Part shown: positions 10,941-20,491 of the stretch, in pieces
Position numbering within the stretch: position 1 is the stretch's first letter
Layout of the letters: each line of letters begins with the position of its first letter
Made by a program: the position numbers and the translations under genes
Notes under the pieces: generated by a model
Databases searched by the model: none
Seen by the model: only the letters and a program-made list of their open reading frames with translations
What the model was told of the DNA's origin: nothing
DNA from: Polyangiaceae bacterium
Lineage (GTDB): Bacteria; Myxococcota_A; Polyangia; Polyangiales; Polyangiaceae
Assembly: GCA_033763455.1 (NCBI GenBank)
Contig: JANRKO010000007.1
Location: forward strand, 1 to 64,000
Direction of reading: 5' to 3'
DNA length: 64,000 nucleotides

Positions 10941-11909
10941 GTGAAAAACGGATCCCACACCGTGCAGCTAGCATCCCGACGAGGCTGGGCGATTCTTCTG
11001 ATCGCAACCGCGGCTGCTTGCTCTCGAAGCCCGCAGGCGGCGTCGACAGCTGTTAGACAACGTGGCTCGTTCCTGATGCAAGTCCTAGACGCAACGGCTG
11101 ACCCGGTTGCACTCGTCCTGGTGAATCGAGAGCTTTCCGTAAGAACCGTGGCTGGGAAGTTTTCGCGTAAGCTTGATGTGCGCGCTGATGCGGCGCTGTT
11201 CGATGGCGCACGAGATCTTGTTTGGGTGAGGGATGGCGATCGGGTTTCAGTGGTGGACTTGCGGTTAACTTTGCCGTACGCGATCCCTATTATCGTGGGG
11301 CTTCCCTCGGCGGCGAAATTCAGTATCGATATCCGCGGTGAAAATGTAGCCAGTCCGGATCTCTGCACACGCGATCTCGATGTCACGCTGGTATGGAAAG
11401 ATGAGCCCGCACTAGCAACGATAGGATGGGAAGCCTCAGAGGTAGAGCCGAAGATTGTTGGCCAGAAATGGCTTCGGCACGAGCTCAGGCGACCGGCATT
11501 AGCGAAGGCGGAGCGCATCACCTTTGGCTCAACTCAAACGCTCGTCCCATTGGCTGCAGGCCTCCCGCGCTGCGCGCAGGAAGGGCAGAAGTGCGGATTA
11601 GCTGTCGCTTTTGGCAAGACAGGCTGGCAGCTCGTGTACGCTGGCTACGACGAGCCGGAAGACTGCGCGCACCCACGCTGTGTTCTTTACAACCCAAAGA
11701 CGCGGAAATTCTCGAAGCCCTACCCGCCGTTCTCATGGGGCGTACTGAGCGAAGAGGTGGTGGGCGGTTGCGGCAACTTTCGCTTTGAACCAAGCGGGCG
11801 ATTCTTCTTGCATGCCGGAGAGGCATGCTCTGTGGAACGCTGCGTGGATCTCGGCGGCACTGACCTCGGTTGGCTAGGAGCCAATCTTGACGTGGGGTTT
11901 GAGGGTTGA
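10941..11909 (+). CDS. Hypothetical lipoprotein with Cys-containing C-terminal part
   Basis: 322-aa ORF; signal ending AAAC. Confidence 0.6.
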   Translation: MKNGSHTVQLASRRGWAILLIATAAACSRSPQAASTAVRQRGSFLMQVLDATADPVALVLVNRELSVRTVAGKFSRKLDVRADAALFDGARDLVWVRDGDRVSVVDLRLTLPYAIPIIVGLPSAAKFSIDIRGENVASPDLCTRDLDVTLVWKDEPALATIGWEASEVEPKIVGQKWLRHELRRPALAKAERITFGSTQTLVPLAAGLPRCAQEGQKCGLAVAFGKTGWQLVYAGYDEPEDCAHPRCVLYNPKTRKFSKPYPPFSWGVLSEEVVGGCGNFRFEPSGRFFLHAGEACSVERCVDLGGTDLGWLGANLDVGFEG

Positions 11910-11971
11910 CAGAGATCCAGTGAGGCGCGCCCGCTACGCATCAGACTCTCGTGCGAAAGAGCTGCGGTGTA

Positions 11972-12043
11972 TCAGCTAGGGTGAAGCTCAGGACTCAGCC
12001 GCGAATCTGGCGGGAATAAATCTCCGGAACAAACCTCCGAGGC
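11972..12043. repeat. Imperfect direct-repeat copy of the IS91/ISCR sub-terminal segment at 14971..15030
   Basis: ctagggtgaagct(c/t)aggactcagc...aatctggcgg...aacaaacctccgaggc is present at both sites. Confidence 0.8.
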
Positions 12044-12359
12044 TCTCGAGTAACCCCGGAGAACACCTCTACGGCGCTCAATCGCGCCCCCAACAGAGCT
12101 AGCACGCTTCTTTTTGGACCACGTCTGCTTACAGCTTACCTGCCGAGCCTGCGGCCACACGGAGAAACTGGTCCAAAAACATGCATCAGGAATTGATCCA
12201 CCTAGGGCAAGCGGCCTTTGGACCAGGAATGGGCCTGTTATTGGGCACCTAGCTCGGAAAGAGGGCGAGGTCTTAGTATCGCACCCTTGCACAGCGAGAC
12301 ATTTTTTCGAAGGTCGCTTGCCCGTATGAGTCAAGTTACACGAAAATTCTGACGCCCTC

Positions 12360-12647
12360 CACCAGGCCGCCCGTGCGTTTGCCGATGCTTTGTCTCAATC
12401 GCCGGGTGTGCGTGTGGACGTGGACAAAGTCGAAACCAACATCGTGAACGTGGGCGTTGCGCCGGGCCTTGCTCCCGCCATTTCGGCTTGGGCCCGCGAG
12501 CTCGGTCTCCTCATCAACCCCATCCACCTCAGCACCTTGCGGGCCGTGACTCATCTCGATGTAGGGCTCGCAGCAACTCTCATCGCAGCAGAAAGGCTCG
12601 CTGCGGTTGTTGCTGAATTCACGCGGCGGCAAACCGCAAGTACATAG
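12360..12647 (+). pseudogene. ltaE: C-terminal fragment of low-specificity L-threonine aldolase
   Basis: HQAARAFADAL...VETNIV...LRAVTHLDV matches the LtaE C-terminus; in-frame stop at 12327 and no PLP-binding region. Confidence 0.65.
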
Positions 12648-12667
12648 CAGCGGGAGGTAGTCCCGCG

Positions 12668-14779
12668 TCAGCGAAACACATAAGCCGCTCCACTATTTTG
12701 CATACTGTTGTCAGTCTGGTTGCCGTTTACCCCGGTAGCACTGCTACTTTCGCCGAATGCACCGACGGCCAACGTGCCCCCGTCCCCCGACAAGGCGACA
12801 GCTATCCCAAAGGAGTCCCACGCATCCGTATTGGAGGCTTTGACGTAGGCTTGCTGGCTCCAGACGTCCCTTAAGCGCGTGAACAGGTACACCGCTCCGC
12901 TACCTTGTATGCTGTCGTCGGTCTGATTGCCGTTCACTCCCGCAGCATTGCTGGATTCGGAAGGCGCACCGACCACAAGAATCCCGCCATCCCCCGACAG
13001 TGCAATCGCAATGCCGAACTCTTCGAACGTATCAGCGTTGGAGGCCTTGATGTATGCCTCCTGCCTCCACGAGTTACCCGAGCGGGCAAACACGTACACG
13101 GCCCCGCTGTCTTGAGCGCTGGTACTTGCCTGGTTGCCATTGATGCCCCTAGCATCGCTGTCTTCCCCGAGCGCACCAACCGCAAGCGTGCCGCCATCCG
13201 CGGACAGCGCGACAGAACATCCAAACTCAGCCGTCGCGTTAGTGTTGGAGGCCTTCAGGTACGCTTGCTGACTCCACAGGGAGCCCGAGCGTGAGAATAT
13301 GTATACCGCCCCGCTGAAATAGGATCCATTGTCGAGTTGGTCGCCATTAAGCCCGGTGGCGCTACTGGCTTCGCCGTTTGCGCCGACGGCCAGTGTGTTC
13401 CCATCACCGGACAGGGCAACCGCCAAGCCGAAGTGATCGTCAGCGTCGGGATTTGAGGCGGTGACCTTCGCCTCTTGGCCCCAAACGCCGCCTAAGCGAG
13501 TGAACACATAGGCCGCCCCGATGAGGTCGTCGAGCCATGCGCCGACGGCCATCGTGCTGCCGTCACCGGACAGCGCGATCGCGGCGCCGAAGTAGGCTTG
13601 CGAGGACGCGATGGGGGCCTTCACGTAGGCCTGCTGACTCCACGAACTACCGGAGCGCGTGAACACGTACACAGCTCCGCTGTCATGAGCGCTGTTGTCT
13701 GCCTGATCACCGTTGATGCCCGTTGCGTTGCTGTCTTCTAGGGGGGAGCCAACGGCCAGCGTGCCGCCATCCGCAGACAAGGCAACTGGTACACCGAAGC
13801 GATCATCAACGTCGGGGTTTGAAGCCTTGATGTATGCTTGCTGACTCCACGCATTGCCGGAGCGAGTGAACACGTACACAGCTCCGCTGTATTGAACGCT
13901 GTTATCTGCCTGATCGCCGTTGATGCCGGGTGAGCCACTATCTTCGTACCACGAGCCGACGGCCAGGGTACTTCCGTCACTAGACAGCGCCACAGACCAG
14001 CCCAAGGAGTCGTCCTGGTTGGTATTTGAGGCCTTAATGTACGCCTGCTGATCCATCCCACGATTCACGGTTAGTTGATAGTTTCGGCTCGGACGTCCTA
14101 ACTGGCTGATGACGACAGTGATCGCGTTAGCGCCGAGGTTAAGCGTGGGTGATGTCCAGCTCGTCCCAGAGACGACGGTCTGCCCATTGATCGTGATCGT
14201 CGCGCCGGCCGGTGCTGTGGGGGTCAATGTGATAGTTTGAGACCCGAGGCCGACCGTGGTCGCATACAGTGTGACGTCGCCGTTCAATTCCGGTGACAGC
14301 ACGCCCTTTGATAACGTTAGGGTGCTTAGGGTGGGGATGCAGGTCGCTTCGCCCGTGCCAACATAGCCGGGAGGGCAGGCTCCGCAGGTTCGTGCTCCGC
14401 CAACACTATTCGTACAAGTGACGAGTAAGTCGCAGCCACCGTTGTTGGTGTCGCAAGCATGGAAGGTGGTGCCTCCGCCCGTACCAGCGCCACCCATTCC
14501 AGTGCCACCCACGCCAGTGCCACCCACGCCAGTGCCACCCACGCCAGTGCCACCCATGCCAGTGTCTGCTCCCCCAGAGCTTGGGAGCGGAGCGACTCCT
14601 GTCCCCCCAGAAGCTTGCGTCGTGGTGGTTCCGCCGACACTTACCTCGAGGGGCCCTGCCCCGCTGGCACCCGTCAGCACTGGGTCAGGTTTCTCACTAG
14701 AGCTACAAGCTAACGTCACGAAGAGACCGCTTAGCAAAGCAACCGCAAAACGTCGTGATGAACCTGGTTGGAGGATCAT
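12668..14779 (-). CDS. Lipoprotein with Gly linker, EGF-like domain, cadherin-like beta-sandwich and FG-GAP (integrin-alpha-like) repeats
   Basis: TLAC lipobox; CDTNNGGC...CPPGYVG; about 7 repeats of QQAYIKASN...FG.SVALS.DG.TLAVGA...SGAVYVF. ORF is open to 14887. Confidence 0.88.
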   Translation of the reverse strand: MILQPGSSRRFAVALLSGLFVTLACSSSEKPDPVLTGASGAGPLEVSVGGTTTTQASGGTGVAPLPSSGGADTGMGGTGVGGTGVGGTGVGGTGMGGAGTGGGTTFHACDTNNGGCDLLVTCTNSVGGARTCGACPPGYVGTGEATCIPTLSTLTLSKGVLSPELNGDVTLYATTVGLGSQTITLTPTAPAGATITINGQTVVSGTSWTSPTLNLGANAITVVISQLGRPSRNYQLTVNRGMDQQAYIKASNTNQDDSLGWSVALSSDGSTLAVGSWYEDSGSPGINGDQADNSVQYSGAVYVFTRSGNAWSQQAYIKASNPDVDDRFGVPVALSADGGTLAVGSPLEDSNATGINGDQADNSAHDSGAVYVFTRSGSSWSQQAYVKAPIASSQAYFGAAIALSGDGSTMAVGAWLDDLIGAAYVFTRLGGVWGQEAKVTASNPDADDHFGLAVALSGDGNTLAVGANGEASSATGLNGDQLDNGSYFSGAVYIFSRSGSLWSQQAYLKASNTNATAEFGCSVALSADGGTLAVGALGEDSDARGINGNQASTSAQDSGAVYVFARSGNSWRQEAYIKASNADTFEEFGIAIALSGDGGILVVGAPSESSNAAGVNGNQTDDSIQGSGAVYLFTRLRDVWSQQAYVKASNTDAWDSFGIAVALSGDGGTLAVGAFGESSSATGVNGNQTDNSMQNSGAAYVFR

Positions 14780-14883
14780 TTGCGCTATTTGGATCAAAAA
14801 GCTTCCAGAACCACTTGAGGTATCCGCACAATGTCTGCGGATAAAAGGCAGAATACAAGCACCCATCATAGCTGTCGTCGTGC

Positions 14884-15520
14884 GCATAGGAAGTTTGAAG
14901 CCACAAAACCCTCGAACTCACAATCACCGAATCGCTCGCGGGTCAACGAGGCGACTGTGTATTGGGGCAATCACCTAGGGTGAAGCTTAGGACTCAGCAG
15001 CGAAATCTGGCGGTAACAAACCTCCGAGGCCGTGAGTTGGCGAGCGCGAACAAACCGCCTCGTCCACACTGGATCAACATCCGAGCGAGCGTCTCCCTGT
15101 TGCCGAAACCTGAACCCAAGTTGCCCAGGCGGTGGTGCTGGTGGTCCCCGCGGAGGAGGCCGTGGCATGAGCGCATGCGCTGCCATGAGGCGTTGGATGT
15201 CTTCGGAGGTAGCAGCAGCATTAGTCCAACGCATGGCACCCCCACAACGAGGACAAGCGTCAAGGTCGGCAGAAAATACATGTTTCAACAGCCAAGCCCA
15301 ACGCTTGGGCAGCTCCAACTGATCGCCCGGAGCCTGCGGCGGCGCGTGGACGGTGGCGTCGAGGCGAGGCTTCGGCACCACTTCGGAGCGGAGAGCGGAA
15401 TGGCTAGAAAGTAGGCCGAAATACCGCACCAGCTGAAAACGCGGTGAGGGATAGCGGCAATGAGGCGAGCGATGAGGTCTCGGCCTTCGAAGAGCACGGC
15501 GCGAGTGCCGTCCTTGCTAG
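14884..15520 (-). mobile_element. IS91/ISCR-family rolling-circle element remnant: frameshifted transposase C-terminus plus oriIS-like end
   Basis: KDGTRAVLFEGRDLIARLIAAIP, a frameshift near 15445, then VRYFGLLSSHSALR...WAWLLKHVF...CPRCGG; GTGGCTTCAAACTTCCTATGC at 14904-14884 resembles ISCR oriIS. Confidence 0.78.
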
Positions 15521-15557
15521 TCCCTCCCGTGTGGAGAGCCTGCGCTCGATCTCCGCC

Positions 15558-16772
15558 CTACCCGCGCTTAGGTGGCCGTGTGGATTGTGTGTGAAGAGTG
15601 CCGCCGTCTGTGCCGCTCGCTTGATTGAGCGCTGGCGGCGGGCTGCTGATGCGTTGCATTCCAGAGAGCGAGACGGAAGTGACTGCGTTGGAGATTTGCG
15701 AATAGCCCCCACTTGGGCGGCTGGGGCGTGAGGGCCCGCGTGGTATGGCGGGGCCCCTGCTCGGGCCAGTTGCCACAGGTGGCCGATCGCTCTCGACCTT
15801 GGACTCCATGGGCTTGCGTACGAGCGGGAGAGTAACGGGACCCGAGCCTCTACCGTGGGCTAGCGTATCCCCGAGGAACCTCAACATCCCGATTTCCGGC
15901 ACTTCGGAATAGGCACGCGCCTTGGCGGCAAAGAGCGCGGCCGATCCGATCCTTCGGCGTGGCTCCGGCTGAAGCGCATGCGCCAACAAATCCACCATGG
16001 CGAGCGGGCTCCTTGGCTCGACTTCGTTCAGCAGTAGCGTTTGGCCGGTTTGCGCGGCGGCCAACAAAAGCTCGCCCGTGGCAGCATATGGCAGCTCGCC
16101 TGTGAGCAGATAGAAAAGCACGGCCCCTGACGACCAAATGTCCGAAGCCTGTGAAGGCGCCTCGCCCCTTAGAACCTCGGGAGCGATAAACGGCATCGTC
16201 TGCCAGGGTGCGCGTAACTTGAGCGCGGCCACCGCGGCGATGCGCAGCTCACTCAAACCCAGGCCTCGGATCTTGAAGCCACCATCTTCCGTCATGAAGA
16301 TGTGATTGGGCTCAATCAACCCGTGCACGAACCCTGCACCATGCGCCGCAGCTAGGGCAGCCAAAAGATTTCCGATGATGCGAAGCGCTTCGGATGGCGG
16401 AATCGTGCGGCCGCGCCGCCGCACCAGATCTCCCAGAGACTCCCCCTCGCCGAGCTCGCTGCCCACGAAGTAAGGCAATCTATCGTCCGTGGTGCCGGTG
16501 TCTTTAACGGTACCAAAGGCCTCCAAACCCAGGTGCTGTGGGGCGCGCGCCGCGTTAACAAACCCGGAACGAAAACCGCCAATATCGGCTAGCTCGGGAT
16601 TCAAGATATTCGCTTCCACCACTTGCCCCGTGGTGCTGGCAGCGAAATACGAAGCGCAAAGCTCGTCCAACCCGATCAGTTGCCCGAGGCGATACCGCTG
16701 GCCAAGCCACGTGCCTTCCCGCATTCGGGCGCGCTCTAGCTTGGTGGGATCTTGACTCAAGGGGTTCTCCAA
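15558..16772 (-). CDS. Ser/Thr protein kinase-fold protein, probable pseudokinase
   Basis: APE and SDIWSSG retained; Gly loop, VAIK, HRD and DFG motifs degenerate. Confidence 0.82.
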   Translation of the reverse strand: MENPLSQDPTKLERARMREGTWLGQRYRLGQLIGLDELCASYFAASTTGQVVEANILNPELADIGGFRSGFVNAARAPQHLGLEAFGTVKDTGTTDDRLPYFVGSELGEGESLGDLVRRRGRTIPPSEALRIIGNLLAALAAAHGAGFVHGLIEPNHIFMTEDGGFKIRGLGLSELRIAAVAALKLRAPWQTMPFIAPEVLRGEAPSQASDIWSSGAVLFYLLTGELPYAATGELLLAAAQTGQTLLLNEVEPRSPLAMVDLLAHALQPEPRRRIGSAALFAAKARAYSEVPEIGMLRFLGDTLAHGRGSGPVTLPLVRKPMESKVESDRPPVATGPSRGPAIPRGPSRPSRPSGGYSQISNAVTSVSLSGMQRISSPPPALNQASGTDGGTLHTQSTRPPKRG

Positions 16773-16976
16773 AAACTCACGGGCGCAAAAGCGTAAGTGG
16801 ACGTTCGGGGCAAACTTTCTGAACGGTCAACAGCCCGACGCCGTTAGTTTCTTTCCGAGGGGCGTAATGTACCCACATTTCCGCACTTGTCATGCACGGG
16901 AGGGAGCAGTCGAACAAATGACTATTTGGCTTGGCGCGATGAACACTTGAGCTGACTAAAATCAGCGCATAATTGC

Positions 16977-19793
16977 CTATGCTGATTCCAACGGTGGCGG
17001 ACTGAGCGAGAGACCTACCGGCAAATCTTGCTCGAATTGATCCAAACGTTGCTGCCCATCGAATGCCACATAGGTTCTTAGTGGCTCAAAGTACGCAGCT
17101 GGAAGATCGAGCCCGTTGGCCTTCGTAAGGACCCGCTGGCGCAATTTTTCCGACACGTCGCGCGCGCGATCGTCAACAATCCTGCAAAGTTGCAGAGCGG
17201 CCCGGGGGGCCGTTCTCACTTCGGGCCACTTCTCGCGCAGCAACTGATCCACCCAGGCTTCTGCCACCCTTCCCGGCACTGCATGGTGCACACTCGCGTA
17301 CGTAGGGACGCGCGCCCCCACTCTACCGATTGCGGCCCAGAGCTCCGGGTTTCGATCCGTCCAGGTGCGATCTACAAGCCACCCGCCTAAGCGCGTCCGA
17401 TCGTCCACCGGAACACGCTCCAGCCACGCAGCAAGCTCGACCATTTCAGGTTGAGGCGGAGCCTTAAACCCTTTTGGCTTTTTTAGGTTTGCCTCAAGGG
17501 GCGCGAGGAATGGATCCAAGAGTCTGCGCATGCGAATTTGTGTGGGCTCGCTCACGCCTGCTGCCAACCGGCGCCAAGCGATAAAGAATGCCTGCCAATT
17601 GCGCGACTCCTGACTAAACGTGGCACCTTCCTCGAACAATGGTTCAAGGAGTGCCACGCGCCCTGGGTCGAGCGGATGTCCGAAACCTGGGCGAAGGCAG
17701 AGGCCAGCTAACATCCAAAACACGCGTTCGTGATCTGCGGATCTTCGGCGAGCGGCAAATTTGGGACCCACCACGTCGAAGAGAGCGCGACAAAGCTTTA
17801 CATCCCAGCTGCGGCGTTCACCAAAGAGCTTCTCCAGGTTGCGAAAAAGATCACGCACCTCTCGTTCCTTGACATCAGTGCGGCCTTTGCCAAACACGCG
17901 TTGGATGGCCTCACAACCTTCGCTCAGCTTGCTGTTGTAGGAGCCCGGACCACTCTCCGGTGGAGCGGATAAGCGGGCTTCCGCATCGTTCACTCCTGAC
18001 GCGGGCGTTTCGCCTTTTGTTCCTTCCTGGCCACGCAACTCAAACTGAAGCTCGAAGCGCTCCAGGCTGGTAGGATCGACACAGGCCACTTCAAGTGTTC
18101 CCACAGGCGTTAACAGGCCCTCCAGGTGCACTTCCACCTGGGCCCGAGAGGCGGATTCAAAGCGTGTCGCCACCGGCGGCAGCAGTTCAAAGTGTTCAGC
18201 CACCACCCGAACCACCTGGCCGGGAACATGCACTTCTGCCGAATCGGAGGCGTAAAGGTCGAACCGCGCGTGCACTCCTGTTTGCAACACCAGGCCTCGG
18301 GCATGAGCCACGTGGAGCTCACCTTCTTTAGCTCCTTTGGGCACCACACACACGGCCGTTCGCTCATGGGTGTGGCTTGCAACACCGAGGTAGTAGCCGT
18401 GTGCTGCACCGCTCACGATCTTTTGCCCTTGGCCACGGAGTGCGAGGCCATAGCGTACGGCGCCGAGTGCTACTGCGTTATCCAGCAACTCGGTATGCAA
18501 ACTCACGGGGGGTGCTTCCGGTTGCCAGCTCCTGAGCACAGCGAGCACGCGTTCACGGAGTTTTGTTGAGTGAAACACGCCGCCGTTGAACAGCACGGCG
18601 TCCGGGCCTTTTCCGCTCAATTCATGTCGCAAGAGAAATTGCGCAAGATGCACACTGACCCGTGGATCACGCTCATAGGGCAAACCAAAACCGACGAGCC
18701 CCGTTTGGGTACGCAAAGGCTCGGTTGTTTTCCCAGTGCTTGGAAAGAAGCCTTCAAGGATGATCTGGAGGGCCTCTTGTTGAGTAAGTAAAGCTGAGCG
18801 TCGACTCTTGAACAGATCAGAACCTTCCCCGAGCAAGGTGATTTGCTCGCTTTCGGGCGGGTTCGGCCCGAGCAAGCGCTCCTTCGCTGTGTGGCAAGCC
18901 TGGGTGAGAGCCGCAAATTGAGGGGTTGGGAGCCGTTCGTTATTCTCGGTGAATTTGGGCTCCATGAAGTGAGCCAACGTGAGGTCCATGTTGTCCCCAC
19001 CCAGCAACAGATGCCGCCCCACAGCCGTGCGTTCTAGATCCAGAGCCCCCGCATCACTTCTCCGCGCCTGAATGAGACACAGATCGGTCGTGCCGCCGCC
19101 CACGTCACACACCAAAATTTGCGCGCTCCGCTTAGAATCGCTCAGAAGCCCAAAGAGTAAAGCCTCGTTGTCGGTCCCGAAGAGGGCATAGAAAGCAGCC
19201 TGAGGCTCCTCTAGCAAACGAACAGAAAACCCAGCCAGAGCCGCTGCTTCCACCGTTAGCTTGCGAGCTACCGGATCAAAAGAGGCCGGCACCGTGAGGA
19301 TGACGCTTTGCTTTTCAAGGGGCGCTTTAGGGAAAGCGCTATTCCAGGCGTTCAACACGTGCTTCAAAATCAAGCTTGAGGCCACCACTGGAGAAAGCTT
19401 GGCAAGATCTTTCTCTTCACTGCCCCAGGGAAGAATGGGAGCTGTGCGGTTGACCTGTGCGTGTGAAAGCCAGCTTTTTGCCGATGCGATACTACGGAGC
19501 GGCGCTTCGCCGGCCCTTGTTCTGGCAAATTCGCCGGCAATCCAGCGCGTTGGCGCCGCCGTAGCTGGTGTGACTGACGCCGTTTCGGACGCATTCTCTT
19601 GGGCCGTGGGCGCGGCTTCTGGGAGGCCCGGTGCGTATAGAAAGGATGGGAGCCGGGGCAACGCGGAAGCTTCGTGCGCGGCCGTTTGTTGCGGAATGTT
19701 GAGAACTTGCGGAGGGCCACCTCGAAAGCTGTAGGCCACCACGGTATTGGTGGTCCCAAGATCGATGCCGACGATGTACTCGGAGCCTGCCAT
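16977..19793 (-). CDS. Atypical Hsp70-family protein with long C-terminal DUF3731-like extension
   Basis: GIDLGTTN, TVPASFD, EEPQAA, DVGGGTTD, LLGGDNMD; C-terminal HERVFWMLAGLCLRPGFG...WAAIGRVGARVP. Confidence 0.9.
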   Translation of the reverse strand: MAGSEYIVGIDLGTTNTVVAYSFRGGPPQVLNIPQQTAAHEASALPRLPSFLYAPGLPEAAPTAQENASETASVTPATAAPTRWIAGEFARTRAGEAPLRSIASAKSWLSHAQVNRTAPILPWGSEEKDLAKLSPVVASSLILKHVLNAWNSAFPKAPLEKQSVILTVPASFDPVARKLTVEAAALAGFSVRLLEEPQAAFYALFGTDNEALLFGLLSDSKRSAQILVCDVGGGTTDLCLIQARRSDAGALDLERTAVGRHLLLGGDNMDLTLAHFMEPKFTENNERLPTPQFAALTQACHTAKERLLGPNPPESEQITLLGEGSDLFKSRRSALLTQQEALQIILEGFFPSTGKTTEPLRTQTGLVGFGLPYERDPRVSVHLAQFLLRHELSGKGPDAVLFNGGVFHSTKLRERVLAVLRSWQPEAPPVSLHTELLDNAVALGAVRYGLALRGQGQKIVSGAAHGYYLGVASHTHERTAVCVVPKGAKEGELHVAHARGLVLQTGVHARFDLYASDSAEVHVPGQVVRVVAEHFELLPPVATRFESASRAQVEVHLEGLLTPVGTLEVACVDPTSLERFELQFELRGQEGTKGETPASGVNDAEARLSAPPESGPGSYNSKLSEGCEAIQRVFGKGRTDVKEREVRDLFRNLEKLFGERRSWDVKLCRALFDVVGPKFAARRRSADHERVFWMLAGLCLRPGFGHPLDPGRVALLEPLFEEGATFSQESRNWQAFFIAWRRLAAGVSEPTQIRMRRLLDPFLAPLEANLKKPKGFKAPPQPEMVELAAWLERVPVDDRTRLGGWLVDRTWTDRNPELWAAIGRVGARVPTYASVHHAVPGRVAEAWVDQLLREKWPEVRTAPRAALQLCRIVDDRARDVSEKLRQRVLTKANGLDLPAAYFEPLRTYVAFDGQQRLDQFEQDLPVGLSLSPPPLESA

Positions 19794-19885
19794 GTTAGGC
19801 GGGGAGTATTAGCCGCCCCTCGGCCCATGCAATCCCCCAGGGATCCAAGGTGAGAGCTTTTTGGACGCTGAATTGAAGCCTGAGC

Positions 19886-20413
19886 TTAACGAAGGTAATA
19901 GGAACAGTGTTTGAGGCCAACGAGGCAGGTAAATTGGTTCGGATCCGGGCATTGTTCGGGGGCCGTGCACGCACACTGGTCGATCTTTACGCACGGGCCG
20001 TAGCAGGTTCCTTCAACGGAGGGCACTTCGCCCACGTCGCATACAGGCGTCGCAATTCGGCACATGATCTTGCTTGGATCACAGCTAGGGAGCGCGCTCT
20101 CAGACCCGCCGGTACCCGAAGCGTTGCCACCCGTAGAAGCACTCGTGCCCCCAGAGCTGGTGCCCCCTGTTGCTTTGCTGCCGCCTGCGCTAGGCGCCGC
20201 TCCACCTGAGGAGGCATGGGTGCCTCCCGTGGAGCTATTGGTTCCACCGATAGAGCCTTTGGCTCCCCCGGTTCCAAGGCTTGCGGCTCCGCCGACGTGA
20301 GCGCCTTCGCCGGGCTTTCCACCTGTGGCTCCGCCGCTCGCGCCGCTGTCGGAGCTTGTTTCACCGCAGGATGCAACCACAAGTATCAGCAGCGTGAGGA
20401 GCGCGTACTTCAT
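19886..20413 (-). CDS. Lipoprotein with Gly/Ser/Thr linker and small Cys-rich C-terminal domain
   Basis: MKYALL...VASC lipobox; about 10 Cys in the last 65 aa. Confidence 0.75.
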   Translation of the reverse strand: MKYALLTLLILVVASCGETSSDSGASGGATGGKPGEGAHVGGAASLGTGGAKGSIGGTNSSTGGTHASSGGAAPSAGGSKATGGTSSGGTSASTGGNASGTGGSESALPSCDPSKIMCRIATPVCDVGEVPSVEGTCYGPCVKIDQCACTAPEQCPDPNQFTCLVGLKHCSYYLR

Positions 20414-20491
20414 ACTGGGTATGTAGCGGCCTCTATTCTTGCACACAAGCTGTTCTAGTGTCACGACGAGGTCAACGCCAACGCTAGCTCG

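Noticed and set aside
12114..12329. Small CxxC ORF
   Set aside because: TTG start, single CxxC, lies in a rearranged IS-scar region; insufficient support
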